64,000 nucleotides of DNA from Candidatus Methylomirabilis sp. (GTDB lineage Bacteria; Methylomirabilota; Methylomirabilia; Methylomirabilales; 2-02-FULL-66-22): contig DATIFO010000085.1 in assembly GCA_035455275.1 (NCBI GenBank), positions 14,901 through 78,900 on the forward strand, in the 5' to 3' direction. Of this stretch, positions 1 to 8,365 are shown in pieces. The notes under the pieces are model-generated. The model was given only the letters and a program-made list of their open reading frames with translations. It searched no databases and was not told the origin of the DNA. Position 1 is the stretch's first letter. Each line of letters begins with the position of its first letter. The position numbers and the translations under genes are program-made.

Positions 1-247
1 CCGCGGTCTGCTCGCCCCTGTGGAGCCGGGTCCACACCACGCGGCCGGTGAGGCGGAGGCGCCCGAGGGCAGGCGGGAGGTCCACGAAGCACACCACCCC
101 CTCGTGGAGGTGCTCGGGGTGCTCGATGCGGCAGCCCTCTGAAGTGAGATCGAGGAGGCGCACCAGCCGGAGCTCCAGCTCAAAGGCACTGAGGTGCCGT
201 GGGACGGTGATCCGCGCGACGTGCCGGCGATCTGGCGGATCACTCAT
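1..247 (-). CDS. PilZ domain protein (5' part only; gene runs off the window start)
   Basis: Absent from the ORF track because no stop lies in the window. Reverse-strand ATG at 247-245 is preceded by a GGGAAGGGAG SD-like run. The translation MSDPPDRRHVARITVPRHLSAFELELRLVRLLDLTSEGCRIEHPEH... carries both PilZ c-di-GMP motifs: RRxxxR (RRHVAR) and a DxSxxG-like DLTSEG. Confidence 0.55.
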   Translation of the reverse strand, partial: MSDPPDRRHVARITVPRHLSAFELELRLVRLLDLTSEGCRIEHPEHLHEGVVCFVDLPPALGRLRLTGRVVWTRLHRGEQTA

Positions 248-504
248 GGCCCGCTCCCTTCCCTCAGTCGGCTGGGCACCGGTCCATCACCCGCCCGACG
301 GCTGCTCGCCGTTCCTGCGTTGCCCATCCTGGTACAAGCGTGCCTCATTCAGCTCAGGTTGCGCCTGCCGCATATTCGGTTCGGAAAGCAAACAGCCCTC
401 GGGGAGGGTCAGTCCCCAGAGGGCCGCATCGTCTGAAGACAGATGAGAGCCGGCATCCCTGCCCCCAGGTCCCTCTGCAGGGAAACCCCGATCAATCGAA
501 CAAG

Positions 505-534
505 ACACTATCGCGTAGCTGCGAAGGATGTCAA
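505..534 (-). promoter_or_regulatory. sigma70-like promoter candidate (TTGACA-18 nt-TAGTGT) reading toward the PilZ gene
   Basis: Minus strand reads cgccTTGACAtccttcgcagctacgcgaTAGTGTc. The -35 is at 534-529 and the -10 at 510-505, with an 18-nt spacer. Confidence 0.4.
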
Positions 535-552
535 GGCGATTCTCCCGCTTTC

Positions 553-810
553 TTACTGGCGAGAGCCGGGTGTCAGGGGTTGGGGGTCAGAGACCCGGGC
601 CAGGCCATCATTCGATCCGAGAGGCTCCTCCTCGCCGAGGGCAGGGTGGTGCCCCGGGCGGCAGGGCGGGGCCGGGGGTATTCTCGCCGCCGCTGCGGAG
701 CGGTCCAGGAAATCCACGCAGGCACCGACGTACCGTTGGATGTCCCCCGGAAGGCAAGGGACGATAAGGATACGCCCTGCAATGCTACGGCTTACTGTGC
801 GGTCACTCAT
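553..810 (-). CDS. hypothetical small protein (85 aa), weak call
   Basis: ORF MSDRTVSRSIAGRILIVPCLPGDIQRYVGACVDFLDRS... lies co-directionally between the DUF2723 gene and a promoter-like site that begins right after its stop. No recognisable family, and the second half is Pro/Gly rich. Confidence 0.25.
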   Translation of the reverse strand: MSDRTVSRSIAGRILIVPCLPGDIQRYVGACVDFLDRSAAAARIPPAPPCRPGHHPALGEEEPLGSNDGLARVSDPQPLTPGSRQ

Positions 811-993
811 TCAGGCGACAATCCATCACCCGACCGCACAGTCCTGGGGAGAGTCCGAGGAGGGGTGGCGGCCCACCCCTCTCGGAGCGGACCGCGGGGA
901 GGGCCGAGCGGTTGCCCTTCCCGATGCAAGCGCGAGGGCCTTCCCCGCGAACTAAGCGGTCCGGATGGATGTGTAGCCCTACTTCCGGACCGC

Positions 994-3198
994 TTACTGC
1001 AGACCCAGCCGGGCGCCCAGCTGGCGGAGTTGCTCGGTCGTGGGCTGGTCGAGCGATTGCCCGATGAAGAGGCGATTGCCGATATCGAGGAACGCCGTAC
1101 GGTTCCCGTGCTCCGAGTGGTACTGGAGCAGCGCCAGCGCCGCCGGGTTCTTGTGGTTCGGATAGATCCTCACCGCCTCTTCCAGGCTGGCCACCGCCTC
1201 CGCGTCCCGTTTGAGTCGGAGCAGGAGCAGCCCCTGCATGTACGGCGGCCAGGCCCGCACGTCCTTGGAGCCCGTGTCCCCGAGGAGGGATGTCGCCTCG
1301 CCGACCCAGGCGAGGAACTCGGTGGGGTCGGCCTTGTCCAGCACGAACCAGGTCAGTCTCCCCAGCGCTCCGTGCGGAGTCTTGGCGAGCTGATCGTAGT
1401 AGCTGGAAAGGCCCCTCGCCTGGAACACCTCGGGCTGGTAGGACTTGAAGTACGAGAGAACACCCATGATGCGCCGGCGCAAGCCGTCGCGCTGATGCAG
1501 CGACCACGGATCAGAGGACGTCATCCCCTCCATCCGATCGATGAAGGCGCGAGTCGTGTCGGACAGATCGAAGAGCATCTGCTTGCCCGGGACGTCCTTG
1601 CGCACTTTCCAGTACAGGCCGCCGTCTTCGACCGAGAAGTCGTGGGGGAAGCTGCCGGCGGTCTGGTAGATCGGGCGCTCGGAGCCTCGCACGAAGGCAC
1701 TCAACCGCCGGTCTCTGTCCGGTGCATCGAAACGGAACAGGCGATTGCGGAAGGCGAGCCCCTGGTCGTTATACAGGGTCACGTCCGGCCGGAGACCCTC
1801 CACCTTATTCATGTACCCGATCGGAAAGGCGTCGTCGTCGCCGTGGACGAACAGGATCGCCCCCTGGTCGACGGACGTCAGGACGGCGGTCGCGTAGTCC
1901 CGCGCCCACGTGTCGTCCCGTCGGTCGTTGACTCCCCGGCCCGTGAGGAACACGACGACCGCGAGCGCCGCCCCCGCGCCGACTCGAACCGCCGCTGCGC
2001 CGCGGCGAGCCCTGGCTGCCAGCGCGTCCAGTCCCAGGACGAGCCACACGGCCAGGATCCCGTAGGGGATGAGTGGGTACCGGCGTATGACCGTCTGCAT
2101 GAGGGGGTCATAGTCGAAGCTGAGCATGGCGCCGAGAACCAGTGAGCTGCCGAGCCAGCCCGCAAGCAGGGCGGCGGCCGTGGCGAGGTTGAATCGCCGC
2201 CACTGCTGAACCAGTCCGAAGCCCGCGAGGGCGGCTCCCGCCGGCGTGTACTGCCGGACCATCTCCGCCAGCAGAAAGCCGAGATAGTGAAGCTTGTCGG
2301 CGATGTCGGCGCTCTGGCTCACGTCGACATGCCGGAAGCCTCGGCGCAGGAGAACAAAGAGAAAGCCCTCGAGGTCCGGGATCGGGCCGTAGAAGCTGAT
2401 CTCCGGATCCAGCCTGGAGCGGACGACCATCCAGGCGTAGGGGAGGAGACAGGGGACGATCGCGACGCCCACGATCCACGGCAGCGCGCGAAGCACCTCA
2501 CGTCGCGCCGGCAGGAGGAGCAGGACCAGGCAGGGTGTGGAGAGCAGCATCAACGGCCAATGATTGGCGAGACTCAGCCCGAAGATCCCGGCCGCGACAT
2601 ACAGGATCCGGACGTGCTTCGTGGCGAGGAACGCGAGCGCAAGGTAGAAGAGGCAAAAGAAGAAGAACGAATTGAGCGTGTACGTCTCGCTGATGATGGC
2701 CTGGGACCAGAACGTGGACGACAGCCCGTAGAGCACAGCGCCGGTGTATGCGCTCACCGCATTGCCCAACAGCGAGCGGAGGACGAGCCACAACGCGACA
2801 CAGGTGAGCGCGCCGAAGAAGGCGCTCAGCAGGTGAACCCTGTAGGCGATGGATCCGACCGGCAGCAGCGTGAAGAGCTTCCCGAGCAGGGTATGCACCG
2901 GATAGCCGGGCGGGTGGTCGATGCCCAGGAAGTAGGACGACATGATGAAGAGACCGTCGTCCTCGAGGGTGACGGTGCGCGGCGCGCTGTAGGCGTACAG
3001 GCTCACCAGCGCCAGGAAGACGACCAACAGGTGGAGCCACTCCTGCTGCAGGCTGACCGGCGCGACTCTCGGCCAGCTCCAGAGCGACGAGGCCAGACGG
3101 GCGAGTCTCGAGGCGTGGGGCGTGTCATGCCGCGCACCTGGGATCGGCGGCTGCCCTCCGAGTCTGCCTCGTCCCCTGCCCAGCTTTCGCTTGGACAC
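994..3198 (-). CDS. DUF2723 (TMEM260-like) polytopic membrane glycosyltransferase with C-terminal TPR repeats
   Basis: The ORF 994..3681 is only protein-like from about residue 160 onward: FLGIDHPPGYPVHTLLGKLF..., many TM helices, and a C-terminal TPR-like region (LKRDAEAVASLEEAVRIYPNHKNP). The upstream part overlaps the Ppm synthase gene and is Arg/Pro junk. GTG at 3198 has a GGGAG SD 7 nt upstream; the start is uncertain (alternative GTG about 3066). Confidence 0.8.
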   Translation of the reverse strand: MSKRKLGRGRGRLGGQPPIPGARHDTPHASRLARLASSLWSWPRVAPVSLQQEWLHLLVVFLALVSLYAYSAPRTVTLEDDGLFIMSSYFLGIDHPPGYPVHTLLGKLFTLLPVGSIAYRVHLLSAFFGALTCVALWLVLRSLLGNAVSAYTGAVLYGLSSTFWSQAIISETYTLNSFFFFCLFYLALAFLATKHVRILYVAAGIFGLSLANHWPLMLLSTPCLVLLLLPARREVLRALPWIVGVAIVPCLLPYAWMVVRSRLDPEISFYGPIPDLEGFLFVLLRRGFRHVDVSQSADIADKLHYLGFLLAEMVRQYTPAGAALAGFGLVQQWRRFNLATAAALLAGWLGSSLVLGAMLSFDYDPLMQTVIRRYPLIPYGILAVWLVLGLDALAARARRGAAAVRVGAGAALAVVVFLTGRGVNDRRDDTWARDYATAVLTSVDQGAILFVHGDDDAFPIGYMNKVEGLRPDVTLYNDQGLAFRNRLFRFDAPDRDRRLSAFVRGSERPIYQTAGSFPHDFSVEDGGLYWKVRKDVPGKQMLFDLSDTTRAFIDRMEGMTSSDPWSLHQRDGLRRRIMGVLSYFKSYQPEVFQARGLSSYYDQLAKTPHGALGRLTWFVLDKADPTEFLAWVGEATSLLGDTGSKDVRAWPPYMQGLLLLRLKRDAEAVASLEEAVRIYPNHKNPAALALLQYHSEHGNRTAFLDIGNRLFIGQSLDQPTTEQLRQLGARLGLQ

Positions 3199-3401
3199 CA
3201 GACGACTCCCGCCAGCGGGGCATGAGGATGCTTCGTTCGGCCAGCCCGTGCGCCCTGGCCCTGACGCAGTCACCGGCTCCCCGGGCCTGCCGAATCGCCG
3301 GAGAAGCTCCCGGCGCCGACACCGGCCCTCCGTGTGACTCACCTGCCATGCGTGGCACGCCGGCGGAGTGCCGGCGCATGGCGAGGACGCACGCGCGTCG
3401 C

Positions 3402-4160
3402 CTACCGGCAATCCTGGGACGGGCCGCCCGGGCGGGTGTTGCGCCGGGCGTGGAGCCGGAGCGCCCGCAGCCGGAGACTCAGAACCCCGCTCAGGGCTTC
3501 GCCGATGACGCGCCAGTTCAACTTCGAGCGGCCGATGTGTCGCTCCTCGAAGATGATTGGAATCTCCACGATCCTTGCGCCCAGCCGGTGCGCGCGGTAC
3601 GTCATCTCGATCTGGAAGAGGTAGCCATTGGCGAAGGTCTCTTCGAGTCTCACCAGATCGAGCAGGCTGCGGCGCCAGCACTTGAAGCCGCTGGTCGTGT
3701 CGGTCAGCCGGAGACCAGTGATCAGCCTCACGTAGGCCGTGGCCATCTTGCTGAGGAGCAGGCGCTTGAAGTCCCAGTTCACGACGCTGATGCCGCGGAG
3801 GTACCGGGAGCCGATCACGAGATCCGCGTCTGCGATGCGTTGCAGAAAGTCGGGGAGATAGCGAGGATCGTGCGAGAGATCCGCGTCCATCTGCAGCACG
3901 AGGTCGTAGCCGCGCTTCAAGGCCTCGCGGAAGCCATCCACATACGCGCGCCCGAGCCCCTGCTTCGCCTCCCGATGGAGGACGAAGAGGCGCTGCGGAT
4001 GTCCCTCGCCGAGCGTCTCCGCCAGCCGGCCGGTCCCATCCGGCGAGTTGTCATCCACGATGAGAATGTCGAGCGTGGGGGCGTGTGCATGAATCTTCTC
4101 GACGACGAGGGGAAGATTCTCCCGCTCGTTGTAGGTCGGGATGACGGCGATGGCCCTCAT
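3402..4160 (-). CDS. polyprenol-phosphate mannose synthase (GT2, Ppm1/Dpm1-like)
   Basis: The N-terminus IAVIPTYNERENLPLVVEKI..ILIVDDNSPDGT, then QMDADLSHDP, GSRY and SGFKCWRR, match the GT2 dolichyl/polyprenyl-phosphate mannosyltransferase pattern. There is a 4-nt overlap with the upstream methyltransferase. Confidence 0.9.
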   Translation of the reverse strand: MRAIAVIPTYNERENLPLVVEKIHAHAPTLDILIVDDNSPDGTGRLAETLGEGHPQRLFVLHREAKQGLGRAYVDGFREALKRGYDLVLQMDADLSHDPRYLPDFLQRIADADLVIGSRYLRGISVVNWDFKRLLLSKMATAYVRLITGLRLTDTTSGFKCWRRSLLDLVRLEETFANGYLFQIEMTYRAHRLGARIVEIPIIFEERHIGRSKLNWRVIGEALSGVLSLRLRALRLHARRNTRPGGPSQDCR

Positions 4161-4816
4161 CGGGTGACCTCCGCTCTGCGGGCCGCGAAGAACCAGCTCA
4201 TCCGGAGGTAGGTCGAATAGAGCCTCGCGACCTGAAACCGCTCGGAGAGCAACGCCTGGATCTCTGCCCTCCGGTAATGCTTGTGGTACGGCTCCTGGGC
4301 AAAGTGGCCGCGCGAGCTGCTCAGCCCCCGGAGCTTCCAGATGATCGAGCGACCCGGCACCGAGCCGATCAACCAGCCCCCCGGCCGGAGCACACGATGG
4401 ATCTCGTCGAGGGCACGCCGGGGGTGGAGCAGGTGCTCCAGCATCTCGGAGCAGACGGCGATGTCAAAGGATTGGTCCCGCATGGGGGTCGAGCCCTCGG
4501 CGTCACAGAGTACGAATCGCGCCGCCGGCGCATAGCCTCGAGCCTTCTGGAGATTGCGCGGATTCAGGTCGATCCCCACGGCGCGACCCGGGAGATGTCG
4601 TGTCACCAGGCCGGTCCCGCATCCGATGTCGATACACGACGCGTTCTGGCCCAAGCGATGGATGAGGCGAACGGTCTCGCGGCAGCGTGCGCGGTGGAAG
4701 AGGGTTTCGAGGCCACGGAACGAATCTGCGGCGCGGGTCCAGTCGTAGTTCTCGACTTTGCGGTAGTACTGCTTGACACGCTCCTCTAGGTTCCGGTCGA
4801 GATCGATGTCATGCAT
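4157..4816 (-). CDS. class I SAM-dependent methyltransferase
   Basis: SAM motif I (IDIGCGTGLVTRHL) and a post-I/II pattern (FDIAVCSEMLEHL...LRPGGWLIGSVP). First gene of a three-gene overlapping operon. Confidence 0.85.
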   Translation of the reverse strand: MHDIDLDRNLEERVKQYYRKVENYDWTRAADSFRGLETLFHRARCRETVRLIHRLGQNASCIDIGCGTGLVTRHLPGRAVGIDLNPRNLQKARGYAPAARFVLCDAEGSTPMRDQSFDIAVCSEMLEHLLHPRRALDEIHRVLRPGGWLIGSVPGRSIIWKLRGLSSSRGHFAQEPYHKHYRRAEIQALLSERFQVARLYSTYLRMSWFFAARRAEVTR

Positions 4817-5525
4817 GGGGTGCGCTCACACATCGGTCGGGGCCGCGTCCGTGCAGGCGGCATGTCAGCCGCAGGGGATCCTGTCACCACTCTCCGCTGC
4901 GAGGGAAGGCGAACATGCGTCCATCTCGAAATTCCCAGATTGCAGTTCCCGGTGCCCAGTCGCCGCCTGAGAGGTCGTGCTTGCGGCGCCAGCGGCGCTG
5001 ACCGCGCTCCGGCGGTTGGCCCCCCCGGACCGCCCACCGGAGCGAGACTCGTGCCGACGCCGATCCAGCTCCCGTCCCGCTTCGTGTCCGTCCTTACAAT
5101 CTGGCCGGATGCTCCACGTGTCCTTCGAGGCGCACGCGGAATTGCCCTGAGGATCGTCCGTGTCGCCCGACTGGCTTCCGCGACAAACCCGGCCGGGATG
5201 CGCTCCTGGCTGCCGCCTGCTCCAGCAGCGCTGGAGTCCGGCCGGGCGAGTAGTCCAGCCGTCACCGCCATCCGGTAGGTCGCATACCGCCGCCTCCCGC
5301 TCGCCACCGCGGGGTCACGCCGCGCCGACGGGACTTCCAGCAGGTGGACGAGATGGAGAAACGCCAGGCGCTCCGGCAGGTGATGGTGACAGGTGATAGG
5401 GATTGATCTGTCGGGGGCGCGCGAGGATCAGGACGCCGGCCGTGCCGCGACCCGGCGGGATCGAGCCCGACCGCCCCAGGCAAGCCCCGCGAGCCCTCTC
5501 AGGTCGTGCCCCCGAGTCGGAACGG

Positions 5526-5555
5526 AGTATCCAGCGCTCCGGAGGCGGCTGTCAA
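5526..5555 (-). promoter_or_regulatory. sigma70-like promoter candidate (TTGACA-18 nt-GATACT)
   Basis: Minus strand reads atcattccccTTGACAgccgcctccggagcgctgGATACTccg, with an AT-rich stretch upstream. No confident gene lies for about 700 nt downstream, until the methyltransferase start at 4816. Confidence 0.35.
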
Positions 5556-5685
5556 GGGGAATGATGGAGAGACAAATGATGGGAGGGACCCCGACTGAAT
5601 ACGCATCGGCGGCGGCCGGACCCCCACGGGCAACGGCGGCGTCAATCCCGGCGGCCGCCCTCGCGTCCTTCGGGCCGTGGGACCC

Positions 5686-6018
5686 TCACGAGGGCCGGCT
5701 GGCGAAGAGAAGCTGCAGGATCTTCGAGGCGTAGTTCTTCACCGGCTGGACTTCCGGCGACTTTTCGTGGTTGGGGTGTGAACCTCGCGCGTATTGCGGC
5801 GCTGCCTGCACCGCTGGCTGGTCGCATCCAGCGGCCTTCAGCGCCCGTTGCGTCTCGCGCGGGCTGAGCGGCTTGCACAGCAAGCACTCGGTCCGCTTGG
5901 ACTCCCACCGCCAGTATGATCGCCCGCACCTCGTGCACGTGCTCTGGTTGATTCTCGACACTTTGTGCCCATCACCATTCCCGGTACCATTACCAGAACC
6001 ATTCCCGTTCCTTCCCAT
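5686..6018 (-). CDS. small zinc-ribbon protein with an N-terminal Asn/Gly repeat (hypothetical)
   Basis: ATG at 6018 is preceded by a GGGAGGT SD at 7-nt spacing. Sequence MGRNGNGSGNGTGNGDGHKVSRINQSTCTRCGRSYWRWESKRTECLLCKPL has a CxxC...CxxC pair. The N-terminal repeat uses AAT/GGT codons, atypical for this GC-rich sequence. Confidence 0.45.
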   Translation of the reverse strand: MGRNGNGSGNGTGNGDGHKVSRINQSTCTRCGRSYWRWESKRTECLLCKPLSPRETQRALKAAGCDQPAVQAAPQYARGSHPNHEKSPEVQPVKNYASKILQLLFASRPS

Positions 6019-6152
6019 GAACGTGACCTCCCTTCGGGCGATCGGGCGCCACCGAGGCAAGAGGCTCTCATCCTTCCCTGAGCAAGATGCATTCCAGCCA
6101 GACCTTCCAGGGAGTCCCAGAGCACGCAGTATTTCCGAGGAATTGGGGTTGC

Positions 6153-6192
6153 GCAGAATGTGTGCACAGAGGACCGTGCAGAATAGTGCACT
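6153..6192. promoter_or_regulatory. pair of GCAGAAT-N-GTGCAC direct repeats, each ending in an 8-bp palindrome (candidate operator)
   Basis: GCAGAATGTGTGCACA (6153-6168; palindrome TGTGCACA) and GCAGAATAGTGCACT (6178-6192; palindrome AGTGCACT). Palindrome centres are 24 bp apart, in the divergent intergenic region between the Zn-ribbon ORF and the lipoprotein gene. Confidence 0.3.
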
Positions 6193-6380
6193 CGGGGCCG
6201 CCTCGAAATGAAGGGAAGTTCACGGGTTGTTGCCCTCCCTCATCTTCCCTGATACCCTTCCGCCGCTACCCAGGGGTCCGTCCTCGTGTGGCGGGCGTTC
6301 CGCGTCTCGATCCGGTGGGTTCGCACTGACAGCACGCTGGCGCTCCTGGCGGGACGGCGGGGACGGGGGAGGGGAGGACG

Positions 6381-7520
6381 ATGACCAGGCGGGATCTGCT
6401 CCTGCTGGGACTCGGGGTCGGCGGCACGCTCGCCGGCTGTGCCACGATTCCCCCGCCGGCGGGCGCCCCGGCGAAGAAGCTGATCGAGTTCGGCTGGGAC
6501 GAGCCGGACACGGCCTTCATGCGCCGGCACGTCGCCCAGATGGAGCAGACACCCTTCGACGGGGTGGTGTTTCACGTCGCCTACGCCCGGCCGGACGGGA
6601 CATCCGGCAACTTCCTGTGGGAGGCCTGGGGCCGGCGCGCCTTCACGGACGCCGAACTCGCGCCGGCACTCGCGGACCTCACGGCCACCACGTTCCAGCG
6701 CTTCACGCACAATTTCCTGCGCTTCAACACCTCCCCCGGGGATGTGGACTGGTTCGACGATTTCTCGGCGATCCTTGTGAATGCCCGGCTGGCGGCGGGG
6801 ATCGCCCGTGCGGGAGGGGCCGCGGGCATTCTCTTCGATACCGAGCAGTACCACGCCCCGCTGTTCGCGTATCGCCAGCAGCGCGAGAGCGGCGCCAAAT
6901 CGTGGGACGCGTACGCCGTCCAGGCGCGCCGGCGCGGCCGGGAGGTCATGCAGGCCTTCCAGCGCGGCTATCCGGAGCTGACGGTGTTCCTCACCTTCGG
7001 GTACGGCGTGCCATGGCTGGAGCTGCGGAAGGGCGCGCCGTCACTGGCGGAATGCGAGTACGGCCTGCTCGCCCCCTTCCTGGACGGCATGGTCGAGGCC
7101 GCGAGCGGTCGCACCCGGCTGGTGGACGGCTACGAGCCGGCCTACTTCCACAACAAGGACACCACGAAGTTCGCCGTCGCCTACCGCATGCTCACGGCCG
7201 ACCTGCTGTCCATCGTTGCGGACCCGGGACGGTATCGTCGCCTCCTCTCGGTGGGGTTCGGCCTCTTTCTGGACTACGACCCGCAGGAGCGGGGCTGGAA
7301 TGGTCTGGACGGGAGCGCGAACTACTACACGCCGGCGGACCTCGAGGCGAGCGTCCGCGCGGCCCTCGACGTCGCCGACGAGTACGTCTGGATCTACACG
7401 GAGACCTCTCGCTGGTGGTCGCCGGCCGGCACCCCGATCAACCTGCCCGAGGGGTACGCCGAGGCGCTGCGCCGCGCCCGCCGCGCCGTGCGCCCCTTAG
7501 GAGCTTCGGATCGAGGCTAG
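6381..7520 (+). CDS. Tat-signal lipoprotein of unknown function
   Basis: N-terminus MTRRDLLLLGLGVGGTLAGC has a twin-arginine motif plus an LAGC lipobox. The mature part is well-balanced, globular-looking sequence (GWDEPDTAF..., FDTEQYH..., YVWIYTE) with no family I can name. GGAGG lies upstream of the ATG. Confidence 0.7.
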   Translation: MTRRDLLLLGLGVGGTLAGCATIPPPAGAPAKKLIEFGWDEPDTAFMRRHVAQMEQTPFDGVVFHVAYARPDGTSGNFLWEAWGRRAFTDAELAPALADLTATTFQRFTHNFLRFNTSPGDVDWFDDFSAILVNARLAAGIARAGGAAGILFDTEQYHAPLFAYRQQRESGAKSWDAYAVQARRRGREVMQAFQRGYPELTVFLTFGYGVPWLELRKGAPSLAECEYGLLAPFLDGMVEAASGRTRLVDGYEPAYFHNKDTTKFAVAYRMLTADLLSIVADPGRYRRLLSVGFGLFLDYDPQERGWNGLDGSANYYTPADLEASVRAALDVADEYVWIYTETSRWWSPAGTPINLPEGYAEALRRARRAVRPLGASDRG

Positions 7521-8329
7521 ATGCCCTGTGAGCCGGAGCTGATGCGCTCGCCGCCGTCGACCGCCAGCGACACACCGGTGATGAAGCTGGCCTCGTCCGA
7601 GTGCAGAAACAGTGCCGCGTAGGCTGTATCCCACCCCGTGCCCATCTTCCCCCCCAGAGGGACCCGCCGGTCGCGGGAGGCGATCACCTCGTCGCGGGGG
7701 ATCCCCTTGCCGACGCGTGCCTCGATGGCCATGGGCGTATTCATGGCGCCGGGCAGGATCGCGTTCACCCGCACGCGGTGCTTGGCTTCCAAGGTTGCCA
7801 GGTTCTCCGTGAGGGCGATCAGCGCGGTCTTGGTCGCCTTGTACCCGATCCAGGGATAGGCGGTGCAGACGGCCAGCGAGGAGATGATGACGATGGATCC
7901 CCCGCTCTTGCGGAGGTGGGGGAGGGCGTGCTTGCAGGCCAACCACACGCTCTTGAAATTCACCGCGAAGCTGCGGTCGAGCACCTGCTCTGAGATCTCG
8001 TCGGGCGGCGCATCGCCCAGGGCGATACTGGCCCCCACGTTGGTGTGCAGGATGTCCAGCTTGCCGTAGCGTTCCAGCGTGGCTGCCACAAGGGCCTGGA
8101 TGTCCGCCTCCCGCGTCGCATCCGCCTGGAAGGCGGTGGCTTCACCCCCCTCCTGCCGGATCAGGCCGACCGTCTCCTCGGCGGACGCAAGGTTCCGGTC
8201 GGCGACCATCACTCTCGCGCCCTCGCGCGCCAGCACTATGGCGGTGGCGCGGCCGTTGCCGACGGTCTGGCCGGGCGTCTGCCCGCCCCCCACCACGATC
8301 GCGACTTTGTTGGCGACACGTCCTGCCAT
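7517..8329 (-). CDS. SDR family oxidoreductase
   Basis: A Rossmann motif region (KVAIVVGGGQTPGQTVGNGRATA) and a catalytic YxxxK (YKATKTAL). AAGGAGG SD lies 6 nt before the ATG at 8329. It follows the 592-aa orphan after a 36-nt gap. Confidence 0.9.
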   Translation of the reverse strand: MAGRVANKVAIVVGGGQTPGQTVGNGRATAIVLAREGARVMVADRNLASAEETVGLIRQEGGEATAFQADATREADIQALVAATLERYGKLDILHTNVGASIALGDAPPDEISEQVLDRSFAVNFKSVWLACKHALPHLRKSGGSIVIISSLAVCTAYPWIGYKATKTALIALTENLATLEAKHRVRVNAILPGAMNTPMAIEARVGKGIPRDEVIASRDRRVPLGGKMGTGWDTAYAALFLHSDEASFITGVSLAVDGGERISSGSQGI

Positions 8330-8365
8330 CCTTCGCCTCCTTGCTCCCACGTGAGGTTGTAGAGT

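Noticed and set aside
248-505. Possible c-di-GMP (GEMM) riboswitch in the leader of the PilZ gene.
   Set aside because: I wrote out the minus-strand leader and found no GEMM-I-like conserved GNRA tetraloop/receptor helices and no ACGCACAGGGCAAACC-like core. No covariance search was possible.
340-2145. 601-aa plus-strand ORF. Similar long ORFs include 8142..9983 (-), 8426..10045 (+), 10165..11742 (-), 11391..13349 (+), 14448..16121 (+), 22723..25101 (+), 25568..27052 (+), 26332..27801 (-), 38491..40101 (+), 47999..49546 (-), 50602..52221 (-), 58116..59624 (-) and 61942..63777 (-).
   Set aside because: These are shadow ORFs typical of GC-rich DNA. They are extremely Arg/Pro/Gly/Ala-rich, show no family resemblance, and each lies antisense to or out of frame with a gene that has clear family motifs.
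3199-3681. N-terminal extensions of real genes in the ORF track. Examples: 994..3681, 21406..22206, 21995..23578, 27828..29267, 30263..30766, 35912..36061, 48104..48370, 49116..49466, 54262..55908 beyond 55452, 57456..57947 and 61816..61929.
   Set aside because: The extensions are low-complexity, overlap the upstream gene, and lack SD sites. Internal ATG or GTG starts with good SD sequences coincide with the beginning of the recognisable domain.
4786-5307. 173-aa minus-strand ORF overlapping the methyltransferase start.
   Set aside because: It is Arg/Ala/Gly/Pro-rich with no motifs, its third-position GC falls off along the ORF, and it overlaps the well-supported methyltransferase start.
7517-7520. 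4-nt overlap of the convergent stop codons of the lipoprotein and SDR genes.
   Set aside because: This is a common consequence of tight packing in GC-rich genomes, and nothing suggests a functional antisense interaction.
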